Part shown: positions 8,568 through 17,003 of the stretch, piece after piece
How positions within the stretch are numbered: the stretch's first letter is position 1
Layout: each line of letters begins with the position of its first letter
DNA from: Dehalococcoidia bacterium
GTDB taxonomy: Bacteria; Chloroflexota; Dehalococcoidia; Lucifugimonadales; G958296245
Length of the DNA: 64,000 nucleotides
NCBI GenBank assembly: GCA_965262055.1
Contig: CBDHEI010000002.1
Span: forward strand, 3,156,347 to 3,220,346
Direction: 5' to 3'
Notes under the pieces: generated by a model
Databases searched by the model: none
Seen by the model: the letters and a program-made list of their open reading frames with translations, nothing else
Told to the model about the DNA's origin: nothing
Made by a program: the position numbers and the translations under genes

Positions 8568-9704
8568 TTACCTTACTTCGATCCCCTGCTCGGACGTGAT
8601 AGCCAGCTCTTCCTCCCAGTACTCCACGGCTCGCAACTCTCCGTCGCGCCGCGAGAGGCGAACGAGCACGCCCTCGGCCTCTTCGATCTCAGACGCCGCC
8701 TCCGCGAAGCCCCGTATGCAGTCCGAGCTGTGCGTCGTGGCGAAGACCTGCACGTTGTTCTCGTGTGCCGCCCGCAGGACCATACGCCAGTAGTCGCGCT
8801 GCACGGAATAGTGTATGCCGTTCTCGGCTTCGTCGATGAGCAGGAAGCCGTCGCGGCTGTTGGCGAGGGCGAGAGCGACTCCGAACAGGCGCAACGCACC
8901 GTCTCCGAGGCTTCTCAACGGGACGGGGTTTCTATGGCCTCTAAGCCTCACCATTGCCCGTCTACCTACTCTTCTGCCAATTGGCCGATCGTCGCCAACA
9001 ACGGCAACGGCGTCTATACCACTGCCGAAGACTGGTCTCAGGGCATCTACTGCTCGCTCCTGATCGTCTGTCAGAACCACGCCATCCCAGAGGCGTGCCA
9101 AGTCTATGTTGTTCAGCAGCCCCGGTCCCTGGGATTCGCATTTCATAGCTGGTAGCGGTTCGTCCTCGCCGAGCAAGCGGTGCATGTCTCGTCGCCTAGC
9201 TTGTCTCCTAGTTGTCTGGGGAACCAAGTGGGTAGCCAACTCGTTGAGAATAGTCCAAGTGAGTGCCTGAGTAGTTTCTCTGTACGTGGCCTTGAGCACC
9301 TGTATGGGAGCATCAACAGGAAAACCCTGTAGCCGAGCTTGTTGATCGTCTGGTATGCCCAACTCGATAGTCAGGAGATCCTCATCGTAGTCTGACCCAA
9401 TGGATATGCGGGCTTCCTGTGACATGTTCCTTCCGTAGAAGAGAGCACCCCAATCGGGCCTAAGTACACTGTCGCCATCTTCGTCGACAGTGGTGTACAC
9501 TTCCTCGCGGTCCCACAGCAGGCTGGATAAAGAGCGACCTCGCGAAGCGTAGACTGCGACGGCATCAAGTACCGTGGTCTTGCCGACACTATTCATCCCA
9601 GCCAGTAGGGTTACGCGGCCCAACCGCGGAATGGACAGCGCGTCAATTCCTCTGAAACCTCTTATCGACAGGTCCGGGAGGTGGAGTTGTCTCGCATCTG
9701 TCAT
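8568..9704 (-). CDS. ABC/SMC-like AAA ATPase (AAA_21/AAA_15-like)
   Basis: Walker A is LLAGMNSVGKTTVLDA, an ABC-signature-like motif is RSLGDGALRLF, and Walker B is FLLIDEAENGIH followed by ATTHS. Confidence 0.7.
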   Translation of the reverse strand: MTDARQLHLPDLSIRGFRGIDALSIPRLGRVTLLAGMNSVGKTTVLDAVAVYASRGRSLSSLLWDREEVYTTVDEDGDSVLRPDWGALFYGRNMSQEARISIGSDYDEDLLTIELGIPDDQQARLQGFPVDAPIQVLKATYRETTQALTWTILNELATHLVPQTTRRQARRRDMHRLLGEDEPLPAMKCESQGPGLLNNIDLARLWDGVVLTDDQERAVDALRPVFGSGIDAVAVVGDDRPIGRRVGRRAMVRLRGHRNPVPLRSLGDGALRLFGVALALANSRDGFLLIDEAENGIHYSVQRDYWRMVLRAAHENNVQVFATTHSSDCIRGFAEAASEIEEAEGVLVRLSRRDGELRAVEYWEEELAITSEQGIEVR

Positions 9705-9776
9705 GGGGCTGCTCCCCCGCGCCTGTTCCGTCTGCTGGACAGGGCGTACGGTCTCTGGTCAACTTCACACAGGGGC

Positions 9777-9782
9777 ATTATA
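9777..9782 (-). promoter_or_regulatory. possible -10 box (TATAAT on the minus strand) for the ATPase/Toprim pair
   Basis: The plus-strand attata at 9777-9782 reads TATAAT on the minus strand, ~70 nt upstream of the ATPase ATG. No clear -35 was found. Confidence 0.25.
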
Positions 9783-9867
9783 TCCCAAGGCTTGGTGAAC
9801 GCAGGTTTGATCCCTTATCTGGTGAGCGATACGCCGGATATCACGTAGGATCTTACCCGCGCATCGG

Positions 9868-10560
9868 CTATCGCAGCAGGGCGCGGATGTCTTTGACGAG
9901 GGACGCTGGGTCGAAGGGCAGGGTGTGAAGTCCGCGTAGGAGCCCTTCCCGGTCGATGAGGTAGACCGGGGCAGAGTGGGTTATGGTGTAGTCCTCGGCT
10001 ATGCCCTCGGCGAGTTCGCTAACGCCGCCGCTCCCAGTGCCTGAGCTCCCACGGCGTGCCTCCTGCGATTCCGACGGACCGACCTCCGCCGGGTCGATGT
10101 AGTAAGCAGTCCACACGGGCTGCAGGTCGGCCTCCTCACCTACCAGGAACGACCACGTGTCGACCATGCGCCAGCGCTCCGAGTAGTCGTGCGCCTGCTG
10201 CACGGAATCGCGGTCGGGATCGACGCTCACGGCTATGATGCCGACCTCGCGGGCGTCGGAGCCCAGCATTTCGTGCGCGTCCCGAAGGTGGGTGGTCACC
10301 ACGGGGCATATGTCTGGGCAGGCTGTGTAGAGGAAGGTGAGGACAGCGACGCGGCCCCGGAAGGCTTCAAGGTCTACGGGGTCTCCGAACTGGTTGACCA
10401 GGCTGAACGGTGGCGCTGGTTTTGGGTCCTCGAAGATGGTGCCTTCGGAGGGCCCAGGCTGCGAGCAGGCGGACAGGAGCGCGGCGAGGGCCAGTGCGGT
10501 TAGAAGCAGCCAGCTTCTGGACTCCGGCCTACGCCGGAGTGACGAGATGGGGGGCAGCAC
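9868..10560 (-). CDS. SCO1/SenC family copper chaperone (thioredoxin fold)
   Basis: VLTFLYTACPDICPVVTTHL carries the CxxxC motif. The signal/lipobox LLLTALALAALLSAC is present. ORF 9868..10737 was trimmed to the GTG at 10560 to avoid overlapping the upstream small ORF. Confidence 0.75.
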   Translation of the reverse strand: MLPPISSLRRRPESRSWLLLTALALAALLSACSQPGPSEGTIFEDPKPAPPFSLVNQFGDPVDLEAFRGRVAVLTFLYTACPDICPVVTTHLRDAHEMLGSDAREVGIIAVSVDPDRDSVQQAHDYSERWRMVDTWSFLVGEEADLQPVWTAYYIDPAEVGPSESQEARRGSSGTGSGGVSELAEGIAEDYTITHSAPVYLIDREGLLRGLHTLPFDPASLVKDIRALLR

Positions 10561-10592
10561 GGCGCCGGGTCGCCCGGTGCCCAATGGCCGGT

Positions 10593-10802
10593 TCAGGACT
10601 GGCCGAATCTCCGCTCGAGCAGAGCCGCCGCGGTGGGGACGGACACCGTGATCGCCACGCCGAGCGCCACGACGGCCCACTCCTCGATTATCAGCTCGTT
10701 GATCACTGAGAAGACTACGCCGAGCCCCCCCGCGCACGTGATCACGACCAGCACCGCAAGTAGGGGGAAGAGCAACGCCCGTTTGAATCTAAGCTTTTCC
10801 AT
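10593..10802 (-). CDS. small two-helix membrane protein inside the cox operon
   Basis: The 69-aa product has two hydrophobic helices (ALLFPLLAVLVVITCAGGLGVVF and WAVVALGVAITVSVPTAAALL). An SD-like gaggac lies upstream of the ATG. Confidence 0.45.
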   Translation of the reverse strand: MEKLRFKRALLFPLLAVLVVITCAGGLGVVFSVINELIIEEWAVVALGVAITVSVPTAAALLERRFGQS

Positions 10803-10883
10803 AAGTTGTCCTCAACCTCGGACCGCTCTGGAGGCGGTCTCCTCTGATTACCTTGTTGTTGCGAGGGAGAAGGCGCGTAGTTG

Positions 10884-11738
10884 CTAGCTGTCCACCTCGT
10901 ACCCCGCCTCGGCAAGCTCCTTGCGCGTCTTCTCCTGCTCCCGGCTGTACCAGCGGAAGAAGGTCGCAATGATGAGCGCAAGGAGCAGAAGTCCGCCGCC
11001 TATCTTCATGATGATAGCACCTATCTGCTGGTCTGCGACCGCGTCCAGGGCGAGTATCCTCGGCGCGTTGGCGTACCACTCGTATAGCGGGCTCGTGGCG
11101 AATGTGATAGGCGCGAAGATGATGAGCTGCGCTATCGACAGGAGGAAGAGATAGAGCATCTGTAGAGGGTACGAAAGACGGGGCAGCTCCGGCATGATGC
11201 TGGTGATGGGCCACCACATCAGGACTGCGGCTGCCATGAACAGCACGTGTTCGAAGACGTGCACAGCATGGACCGTCACGCTCAGGTTGTACAGGGCTGG
11301 CATGTGCCACATCGAGAAGATGACGTTGAAGAGCAGGAACGCGACGACCGGATAGGTGGCTATCCTGGCGGCGATGAAGAGCGGGTCCGGCCTCAGGATG
11401 CGGCGTATGAGCCAGTCCGGCGTGCCCAGAATCAGCAGCGGTGGAGCGACCAGTGTCAACAGGACGTGCTGAAGCATGTGGGCGCTGAAGAGGAAGTCGT
11501 TGCTTATCCGGTGCAGGGGGGAGAGGAGCGCGAAGAATATGACTAGGACGCCCAGGGTAAAGGTGGCGGTCTGTCTGGGGTCGCTGGCCTCTGCAAGGCC
11601 GTAGCGCTCCCTGAGGGGGCCGACGCCTAGCAGGTACCCACCCTGCAGCAGGCCCAGGCCTATCAGCACATCGGGGTGCGAGTGCCACTCTGTCCAAATG
11701 GAGTCCACCACGCTGTCGGGACGCCCCTTTCTCCTCAA
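10884..11738 (-). CDS. ctaG: cytochrome c oxidase assembly factor CtaG (caa3_CtaG family)
   Basis: FFALLSPLHRISNDFLFSAHMLQHVLLTLVAPPLLILGTP is typical of the Bacillus-type CtaG membrane protein. Confidence 0.75.
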   Translation of the reverse strand: MRRKGRPDSVVDSIWTEWHSHPDVLIGLGLLQGGYLLGVGPLRERYGLAEASDPRQTATFTLGVLVIFFALLSPLHRISNDFLFSAHMLQHVLLTLVAPPLLILGTPDWLIRRILRPDPLFIAARIATYPVVAFLLFNVIFSMWHMPALYNLSVTVHAVHVFEHVLFMAAAVLMWWPITSIMPELPRLSYPLQMLYLFLLSIAQLIIFAPITFATSPLYEWYANAPRILALDAVADQQIGAIIMKIGGGLLLLALIIATFFRWYSREQEKTRKELAEAGYEVDS

Positions 11739-11786
11739 GCCCGGCGCAGGGCGGGACGGCTTCCCGGCCCCCCAATACGGGCCTTG

Positions 11787-12104
11787 CTACACGAAGAACT
11801 TGAACAGGGCGAGGACGGCCAGCACAATCGAGATGGCCAGCAACAGCCCGCCCAAGAAAAAGCCGGAGAACAGCCTGGCGTCGTAGCGCAGGTGCATGTA
11901 GAACATCGCGACCATCGCGAACTTGACGGTCGACAGGACCACCAGAATCGGGACGATGCCAATCCCCAGGTCCTCGATGTAGAAAATGCCCACCTCGGCG
12001 GCCGTAATGACCGAGAGGGTCATTGCGACCTTGAAGTAGGTCAACGGGGTCGGATGCCCTGTGTGTACGTTGCTTTCCGATTGGCTATGTGTCTGCTCGG
12101 CCAT
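11787..12104 (-). CDS. ctaF: cytochrome c oxidase subunit IV (prokaryotic CoxIV/CtaF family)
   Basis: The 105-aa product has three helices, and KFAMVAMFYMHLRYD is a typical motif. It lies directly downstream of subunit III. Confidence 0.75.
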   Translation of the reverse strand: MAEQTHSQSESNVHTGHPTPLTYFKVAMTLSVITAAEVGIFYIEDLGIGIVPILVVLSTVKFAMVAMFYMHLRYDARLFSGFFLGGLLLAISIVLAVLALFKFFV

Positions 12105-12113
12105 GCTCCTGCC

Positions 12114-12875
12114 CTATATGCCGGGGAATACCCCGAAGAGGTAGACGACTGTGAAGATGACGATCCACACGATGTCGACGAAATGCCAGTAGAGGGCCGC
12201 CAAGTCGACGTCCAGGTTGCGGGCCGCCGTCACGCCGCCTCGGGTGAACGAGAAGAAGAACAGCGACAGCAGCCAGATTACTCCCAGGGTGACGTGGGCG
12301 CCGTGGAAGCCGGTCAGGGTGAAGAAGGTCGTGCCGAACAGGTTGGTCCGGGGGGTCAGGCCGTGCTGTTCTTCGAACTCGTCGACACCCTCCACGCACC
12401 TGTCTACGAAAGTCTTCTCGTAGTCGGTCAACTCATCGATGGCGTGCTCGTTGGTACGCAGCTCAATGCAGTCCAGGTGCACCTCGTGGTTGGCGAAGTC
12501 CCTGAACTCGAATACCTGGAAGGCCAGGAAGGTCATGCCCATGATGGCGGTGGAGGCGATCCAGATGCGGAAGCCCTTGATGCTCCCGCGGGTGAGTGCG
12601 GAGTAGGCCAGCACCATGCTCATGCTGCTCATCAGCAGGACGAAGGTGCTGACCGACGTGGTCGGGATGCTGAAGACATCCTCGGGGAAGGGGCCGACCT
12701 TGCTCTTGCCGAAGTAGACGACGTAGGTGGCGATAAAGGACCCGAAGAACATGCAGTCCGAGCCCAGAAACGCCCACATAAGGAGCTTCCTGTGGTTCAG
12801 GCCGGTGGTTGTCTCTTCGTGCTCTCCGCCGTGCGCGGCGGCCTCTGCGTGTGCCAAGGGAGGCTCCTGCTCCAT
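12114..12875 (-). CDS. ctaE: cytochrome c oxidase subunit III
   Basis: ORF 12114..13229 was trimmed to the ATG at 12875 (MEQEPP...). That ATG overlaps the ctaD stop as TAATG. FTLTGFHGAHVTLGVIWL is a typical motif. Confidence 0.85.
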   Translation of the reverse strand: MEQEPPLAHAEAAAHGGEHEETTTGLNHRKLLMWAFLGSDCMFFGSFIATYVVYFGKSKVGPFPEDVFSIPTTSVSTFVLLMSSMSMVLAYSALTRGSIKGFRIWIASTAIMGMTFLAFQVFEFRDFANHEVHLDCIELRTNEHAIDELTDYEKTFVDRCVEGVDEFEEQHGLTPRTNLFGTTFFTLTGFHGAHVTLGVIWLLSLFFFSFTRGGVTAARNLDVDLAALYWHFVDIVWIVIFTVVYLFGVFPGI

Positions 12876-14731
12876 TAGTCGTGCCCTTCGTCCGGCTCGT
12901 TCACCGGCTCGAAGGACCATGCGTATATCGAGACGATCGTGATTGCGAGGCCGATGGCGCCGACGATTTTGCCCGCCCAGGTGGCGCTGTATACGAGGCC
13001 GTAGGCTCCTATCAGCAGGCCCGTGGACGCCAAGAGCGGCCAGTATGAGGGCTGCGGAAGGTGTATGCCGTGGCCGTTGTCCTCGGAGGCGCCTGCCACC
13101 GGAACGGTGCTGACCCGCTGACGCTTCTGCATCCAGAACGGGTCTATTCCGTGCACGACGGGGATCTGCTCGAAGTTGTACTCCGGGGGCGGGGAGGGGA
13201 TGGACCACTCCAGGGTCCGTCCGTCCCAAGGATCCGGACCGGCCAGCTCGCCCTTCCTGGCGCTGCGCACCATGTTGATGATGAGCACCAGAATGCCCGC
13301 GGCCAGGACGGCGGAGCCCAGAGAGGAGATGAGGTTCCAGAAGTCCCAGCCCATATCGGAGTCAAATGAGTGGATGCGGCGGGGCATGCCGTCCAGTCCG
13401 ACGAAGTGCATCGGGAAGAAGGTGATGTTCATGCCTATGAACACCAGCCAGAAGTTGAGCTTGCCCATCGCCTCGTTCATGAGGCGTCCGGTGATCTTGG
13501 GGAACCAGTAGTAGGCGCCCGCGGCGATAGCCATGATGCTGCCGCCGAAGAGCACGTAGTGGATGTGGGCGACGATGAAGTAGGTGTCCTGCTGCTGGGC
13601 GTCCGAGGCGGCGGAGGAGTGCATGACGCCGCTCAGGCCGCCGATGATAAACAGGAAGATGAAGCCGATCGCGAAGAGCATCGGGGTCCTCAAGTCTATG
13701 GACCCCTTCCACATCGTGCCTATCCAGTTAAATATCTTGACGCCAGTGGGCACCGCAATGGCCATCGTGCTCAGGGCGAAAACCGAGTTGGCCACAGGGC
13801 CGAGCCCCACGGTGAACATGTGGTGGCTCCAGACCATCCAGCCCATGAAGCCGATGATGACGCCGGACAGGACGACGACGGGATAGCCGAAGAGCGGCTT
13901 GCGGGAGAAGGTTGGGATGATCTCCGAGACTATTCCCATGGCAGGCAGGATCAGGATGTAGACCTCCGGGTGGCCGAAGATCCAGAAGAGGTGCTGCCAG
14001 AGCAGGGGATTGGCGCCGGCTCCGGTGCTAAAGAAGTTCATCCCGAAGAAGCGGTCGAACATCAACTCGATGAGCGCCACCGTTATTACCGGGAAGGCCA
14101 GCACCAGCAGGAAAGAAGTGACGAGGGTCATCCACGTAAAGAGAGGCATCCGCATCAGCGACATGCCCGGGGCGCGCATGTTGACTATCGTCACGATGAA
14201 GTTGAAGGCCGCGGCCAGCGAAGCGATACCCAGCACCTGCAGGCTGACGGCCCAGAAGTCGATGCCGTGGCCTGGGTTGAAGTCGCTGCCCGTGATCGGA
14301 GCGTACCCGAACCAGCCCGCGTTGGGCGCTCCGCCCAAGAACCAGCTCAGCTTGAGGAGGATCGCGCCTGCCAGGAAGGTCCAGTAGCTGAAGGCGTTCA
14401 GACGTGGGAAGGCCACGTCCCTGGCGCCTATCTGCAGCGGTATGACGAAGTTGAAGAACGCTGCTCCTAGGGGCATGACGCCCAGGAAGATCATCGTCGT
14501 GGCGTGCATGGTAAAGAGCTGGTTGAAGACCTCCGGGCTGACGAGGTCCTGCTCCGGCCGGGCGAGCTGGACGCGCATGTACAGCGCCTCCAGGCCTCCT
14601 GTAATGAACAGGATGAACGCCGACACACCGTAGAGGATGCCGATCTTCTTGTGGTCTATGGTAGTCAGCCATGCCATCACCCCCGTGGGGTGGGCCGGCC
14701 TCTTTGGCAGCGGTATAGCGAGCGTAGTCAT
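12875..14731 (-). CDS. ctaD: cytochrome c oxidase subunit I
   Basis: The 618-aa product contains WQHLFWIFGHPEVYILILPAMG and HHMFTVG, which are haem-copper oxidase signatures. Confidence 0.95.
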   Translation of the reverse strand: MTTLAIPLPKRPAHPTGVMAWLTTIDHKKIGILYGVSAFILFITGGLEALYMRVQLARPEQDLVSPEVFNQLFTMHATTMIFLGVMPLGAAFFNFVIPLQIGARDVAFPRLNAFSYWTFLAGAILLKLSWFLGGAPNAGWFGYAPITGSDFNPGHGIDFWAVSLQVLGIASLAAAFNFIVTIVNMRAPGMSLMRMPLFTWMTLVTSFLLVLAFPVITVALIELMFDRFFGMNFFSTGAGANPLLWQHLFWIFGHPEVYILILPAMGIVSEIIPTFSRKPLFGYPVVVLSGVIIGFMGWMVWSHHMFTVGLGPVANSVFALSTMAIAVPTGVKIFNWIGTMWKGSIDLRTPMLFAIGFIFLFIIGGLSGVMHSSAASDAQQQDTYFIVAHIHYVLFGGSIMAIAAGAYYWFPKITGRLMNEAMGKLNFWLVFIGMNITFFPMHFVGLDGMPRRIHSFDSDMGWDFWNLISSLGSAVLAAGILVLIINMVRSARKGELAGPDPWDGRTLEWSIPSPPPEYNFEQIPVVHGIDPFWMQKRQRVSTVPVAGASEDNGHGIHLPQPSYWPLLASTGLLIGAYGLVYSATWAGKIVGAIGLAITIVSIYAWSFEPVNEPDEGHD

Positions 14732-14776
14732 CTTCTGGCTACCTCATTCATTCCTGCTAGTACGTCCAAACGTGGT

Positions 14777-14908
14777 GGAGGAATCCTTCCAGACCTTCCT
14801 TCAGATCCCTTCCTGGACAGGAAGGGTAGAGATTTTGTATGTGAGGGATACCCTCAGACTCCCGGCAAAGGGGCTCCGCCCCTCTGCACACGCCGTATTT
14901 TAGCAGCC
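14777..14908 (-). repeat. copy A of a ~130-145 nt hairpin-rich intercistronic repeat (between ctaC and ctaD)
   Basis: The core gtgagggataccctcagactcccggcaaaggggctccgcccctctgcaca is near-identical to 22132-22180 and 24331-24380. It contains three local hairpins. Confidence 0.8.
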
Positions 14909-14933
14909 TACTAAGATTCGGGCCGCGGCCCGT

Positions 14934-16001
14934 CTACTTTAGCCCCCGCAGATAGGCTACGAGCGCGGAGATATCCGCTTCTGTCAGTTCTCTGGCGGGG
15001 TCGTTGTAGACCTCTGCGTCCCTGGCCATAAGGTTGCCCGGCTTGACGTCGGCGGGATCCTCCAACCACTTGCGCAGATTGGCTTGCGTATTCTCCATAA
15101 TACCGGCGGCGATGTGGCCCCTGCTGGCGACGTGCGTAAGGTTGGGCCCTTGCTCACCCCGGGCTCTCGTTGAGCCCGCCACGGTGTGGCAGGACCAGCA
15201 CCGGGCGTCGCCTTCGAAGAGGTTCTTACCAGCGATTGCGAGCGGGTCGGTGGGGACTGCCGCGTCCTGCGCCTGCGCGGTGAGCCAGGTATCGAACTCC
15301 TCCTGCGGATGGACGATTACCCGGAACCTCATGTTGGCGTGGGCGACTCCGCAGAACTCGGCGCACTGTCCGTAGTACTCGCCGGGCTTCTCGGCCAGGA
15401 TCCACATCGTGTTCGGATGGTTCGGCACGAGGTCGACCTTGCCGGCGATCTTCGGGATCCAGAAGCTGTGCAGCACGTCCTTGGAGTCCAGGTTGATGTT
15501 GATGACCTCGTCGACGGGTATATGGAGCTCGTTCGAGACTACCGTCGTGGCGTCGGAGCCGTCGGGATGGGGATAGTTGAACTCCCACCACCACTGGTGG
15601 CCGACGACATCGATGGTAAGGGAGTCGGGATCCGGGGAGTTAGCGTTGTCGAAGATGGTGGTGACCGTGGGCACCGCGACGACGGCTAGGATGAGCGCCG
15701 GGGCTACTGTCCAGCCTATCTCGAGCGGGGTGTTCCCGTGGGTCTGCTCCGGGTCCGGGTCGCCCGGCTTCCGCCTGAACTTGACCGCCGCGTAGATGAG
15801 GATGCCCTCTACGACTATGAATACGAAGACCGCGGTCCACAGGATCCAGTAGAAGAGGGTTAGCTGCGACCGGGCCACCGGGCCCGTAGTGTCGAAGGTC
15901 GACTGGTTGTGCTCAGGAGTACAGCCTACGGCCAGCAGGACCAACAGCACGGCCAGCACGACGATTGCCAGCCTAGACGAGTAGCGGTCTATCTTCGACA
16001 T
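14934..16001 (-). CDS. ctaC: cytochrome c oxidase subunit II with fused C-terminal cytochrome c domain (caa3-type)
   Basis: The CuA site is HSFWIP...CAEFCGVAHANM. The C-terminal haem-c motif is CWSCH. Confidence 0.9.
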   Translation of the reverse strand: MSKIDRYSSRLAIVVLAVLLVLLAVGCTPEHNQSTFDTTGPVARSQLTLFYWILWTAVFVFIVVEGILIYAAVKFRRKPGDPDPEQTHGNTPLEIGWTVAPALILAVVAVPTVTTIFDNANSPDPDSLTIDVVGHQWWWEFNYPHPDGSDATTVVSNELHIPVDEVININLDSKDVLHSFWIPKIAGKVDLVPNHPNTMWILAEKPGEYYGQCAEFCGVAHANMRFRVIVHPQEEFDTWLTAQAQDAAVPTDPLAIAGKNLFEGDARCWSCHTVAGSTRARGEQGPNLTHVASRGHIAAGIMENTQANLRKWLEDPADVKPGNLMARDAEVYNDPARELTEADISALVAYLRGLK

Positions 16002-16133
16002 GCAGCCTTAATGCCTCTCCTCCGGCCCGGGGACTCCCGGAAGCCGGACAGAATCTATCAAAGCGTGACTTTGGCCGTCAAGCCCACTGCGGGCCTGTCC
16101 AACGGCAACCGCTACACTATGCGCGAGGCTGTT

Positions 16134-16149
16134 TGTGCAAAGTTTCACA
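16134..16149. promoter_or_regulatory. CRP/FNR-family-like palindrome TGTGC-N6-TCACA upstream of ctaC
   Basis: tgtgcaaagtttcaca lies 133-148 nt upstream of the ctaC ATG, in the divergent intergenic region. Confidence 0.3.
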
Positions 16150-16236
16150 AGAATAGCACTGTCAGACTTCCGGGTCAACGTCCAATCCTTAGTATTCGCG
16201 ATGCGTTAAGGGACTGGCGGCGGAGCGGCGCCGGGG

Positions 16237-16245
16237 TGGTATATT
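16237..16245 (+). promoter_or_regulatory. candidate extended -10 element TGgTATATT
   Basis: It lies ~46 nt upstream of the ATG at 16291 and has the same motif as the infC and tRNA-Ser promoters. Confidence 0.35.
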
Positions 16246-16290
16246 GGGGCTGAACGCAATACCGCCTGTGGGCGGCGCTAACGGGGAGTC

Positions 16291-16689
16291 ATGGCTGACA
16301 GGTACTTCACGCTGGAAGAGGCGCAGGGGCTGGTAGGTTGGCTAGAAGAGAGCTTCGGGGCCATGCGCCCGTTCGTCCGGCGGCTCTCGGACCTGGAGAA
16401 AGAATTGGTGGAGCTACGGGGCCGGATGGGTTCGAATGGAGGCAGCGAGCTGGGGGGCCGGCTGAGCCGCATTCAGAGTGAGCTGAACGAGGCAATCGCC
16501 TCAATACAGCGTGGGATAGCCGCCATAACGGAGGAGGGGATCATCGTGCGGCGCGTGGAGGACGGCCTGGTGGACTTCCCGGCGCTGCGCGAGGGGAGAG
16601 AAGTCCACCTGTGCTGGCGTTCGGGCGAGGCGAAGATCGACTACTGGCACGAGGTCGACGCCGGAATCGCCGGACGCCAGCCTCTCTAG
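16291..16689 (+). CDS. DUF2203-like protein
   Basis: MADRYFTLEEAQGLVGWLE...GLVDFPALREGREVHLCWRSGEAKIDYWHEVDAGIAGRQPL matches my recollection of the DUF2203 family pattern. Confidence 0.55.
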   Translation: MADRYFTLEEAQGLVGWLEESFGAMRPFVRRLSDLEKELVELRGRMGSNGGSELGGRLSRIQSELNEAIASIQRGIAAITEEGIIVRRVEDGLVDFPALREGREVHLCWRSGEAKIDYWHEVDAGIAGRQPL

Positions 16690-17003
16690 CCGCCGCCCGC
16701 GTCATCCTCGGCGTGGGAGCCCATTATCTGGTGTATGTATATGCTGACGTCGAAGGCCGGCATGCTCATGAGGCTGAGGGTGCCACGTGAACCGAACTCC
16801 GCCGAGATCCGGGCCACGGTCTCGTTGTCGGGGGCCTGCAGCACGGTGACGAAGTCGTAAAGACCCAGCACCACGTATTGCGCGATGACCCTGGCTCCGA
16901 AGGATTCGATCTCCTTGTTGACCTCCAGGACGCGCTGCGGCCGCTCCTTTACGGTCTTTCTGCCCTCCTCGGTGAGCGTTCCCATGAGTATGTATGTGGC
17001 CAT
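16686..17003 (-). CDS. GYD domain protein
   Basis: MATYILMGTLTEEGRKTVKERPQRVLEVNKEIESFGARV...GLYDFVTVLQAPDNETV. The ATG at 17003 is preceded by aggagg. Confidence 0.7.
   Translation of the reverse strand: MATYILMGTLTEEGRKTVKERPQRVLEVNKEIESFGARVIAQYVVLGLYDFVTVLQAPDNETVARISAEFGSRGTLSLMSMPAFDVSIYIHQIMGSHAEDDAGGG

Noticed and set aside
10561-10737. Long N-terminal extension of the SCO1 ORF
   Set aside because: It is Arg/Gly-rich and non-membrane, and it overlaps the small membrane ORF. The GTG at 10560 gives a normal signal peptide/lipobox start.
12876-13229. N-terminal 118-codon extension of the subunit III ORF (12114..13229)
   Set aside because: The extension overlaps the 3' end of ctaD in another frame and is Arg/Pro-rich. 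The ATG at 12875 overlaps the ctaD stop (TAATG) and gives a normal subunit III.
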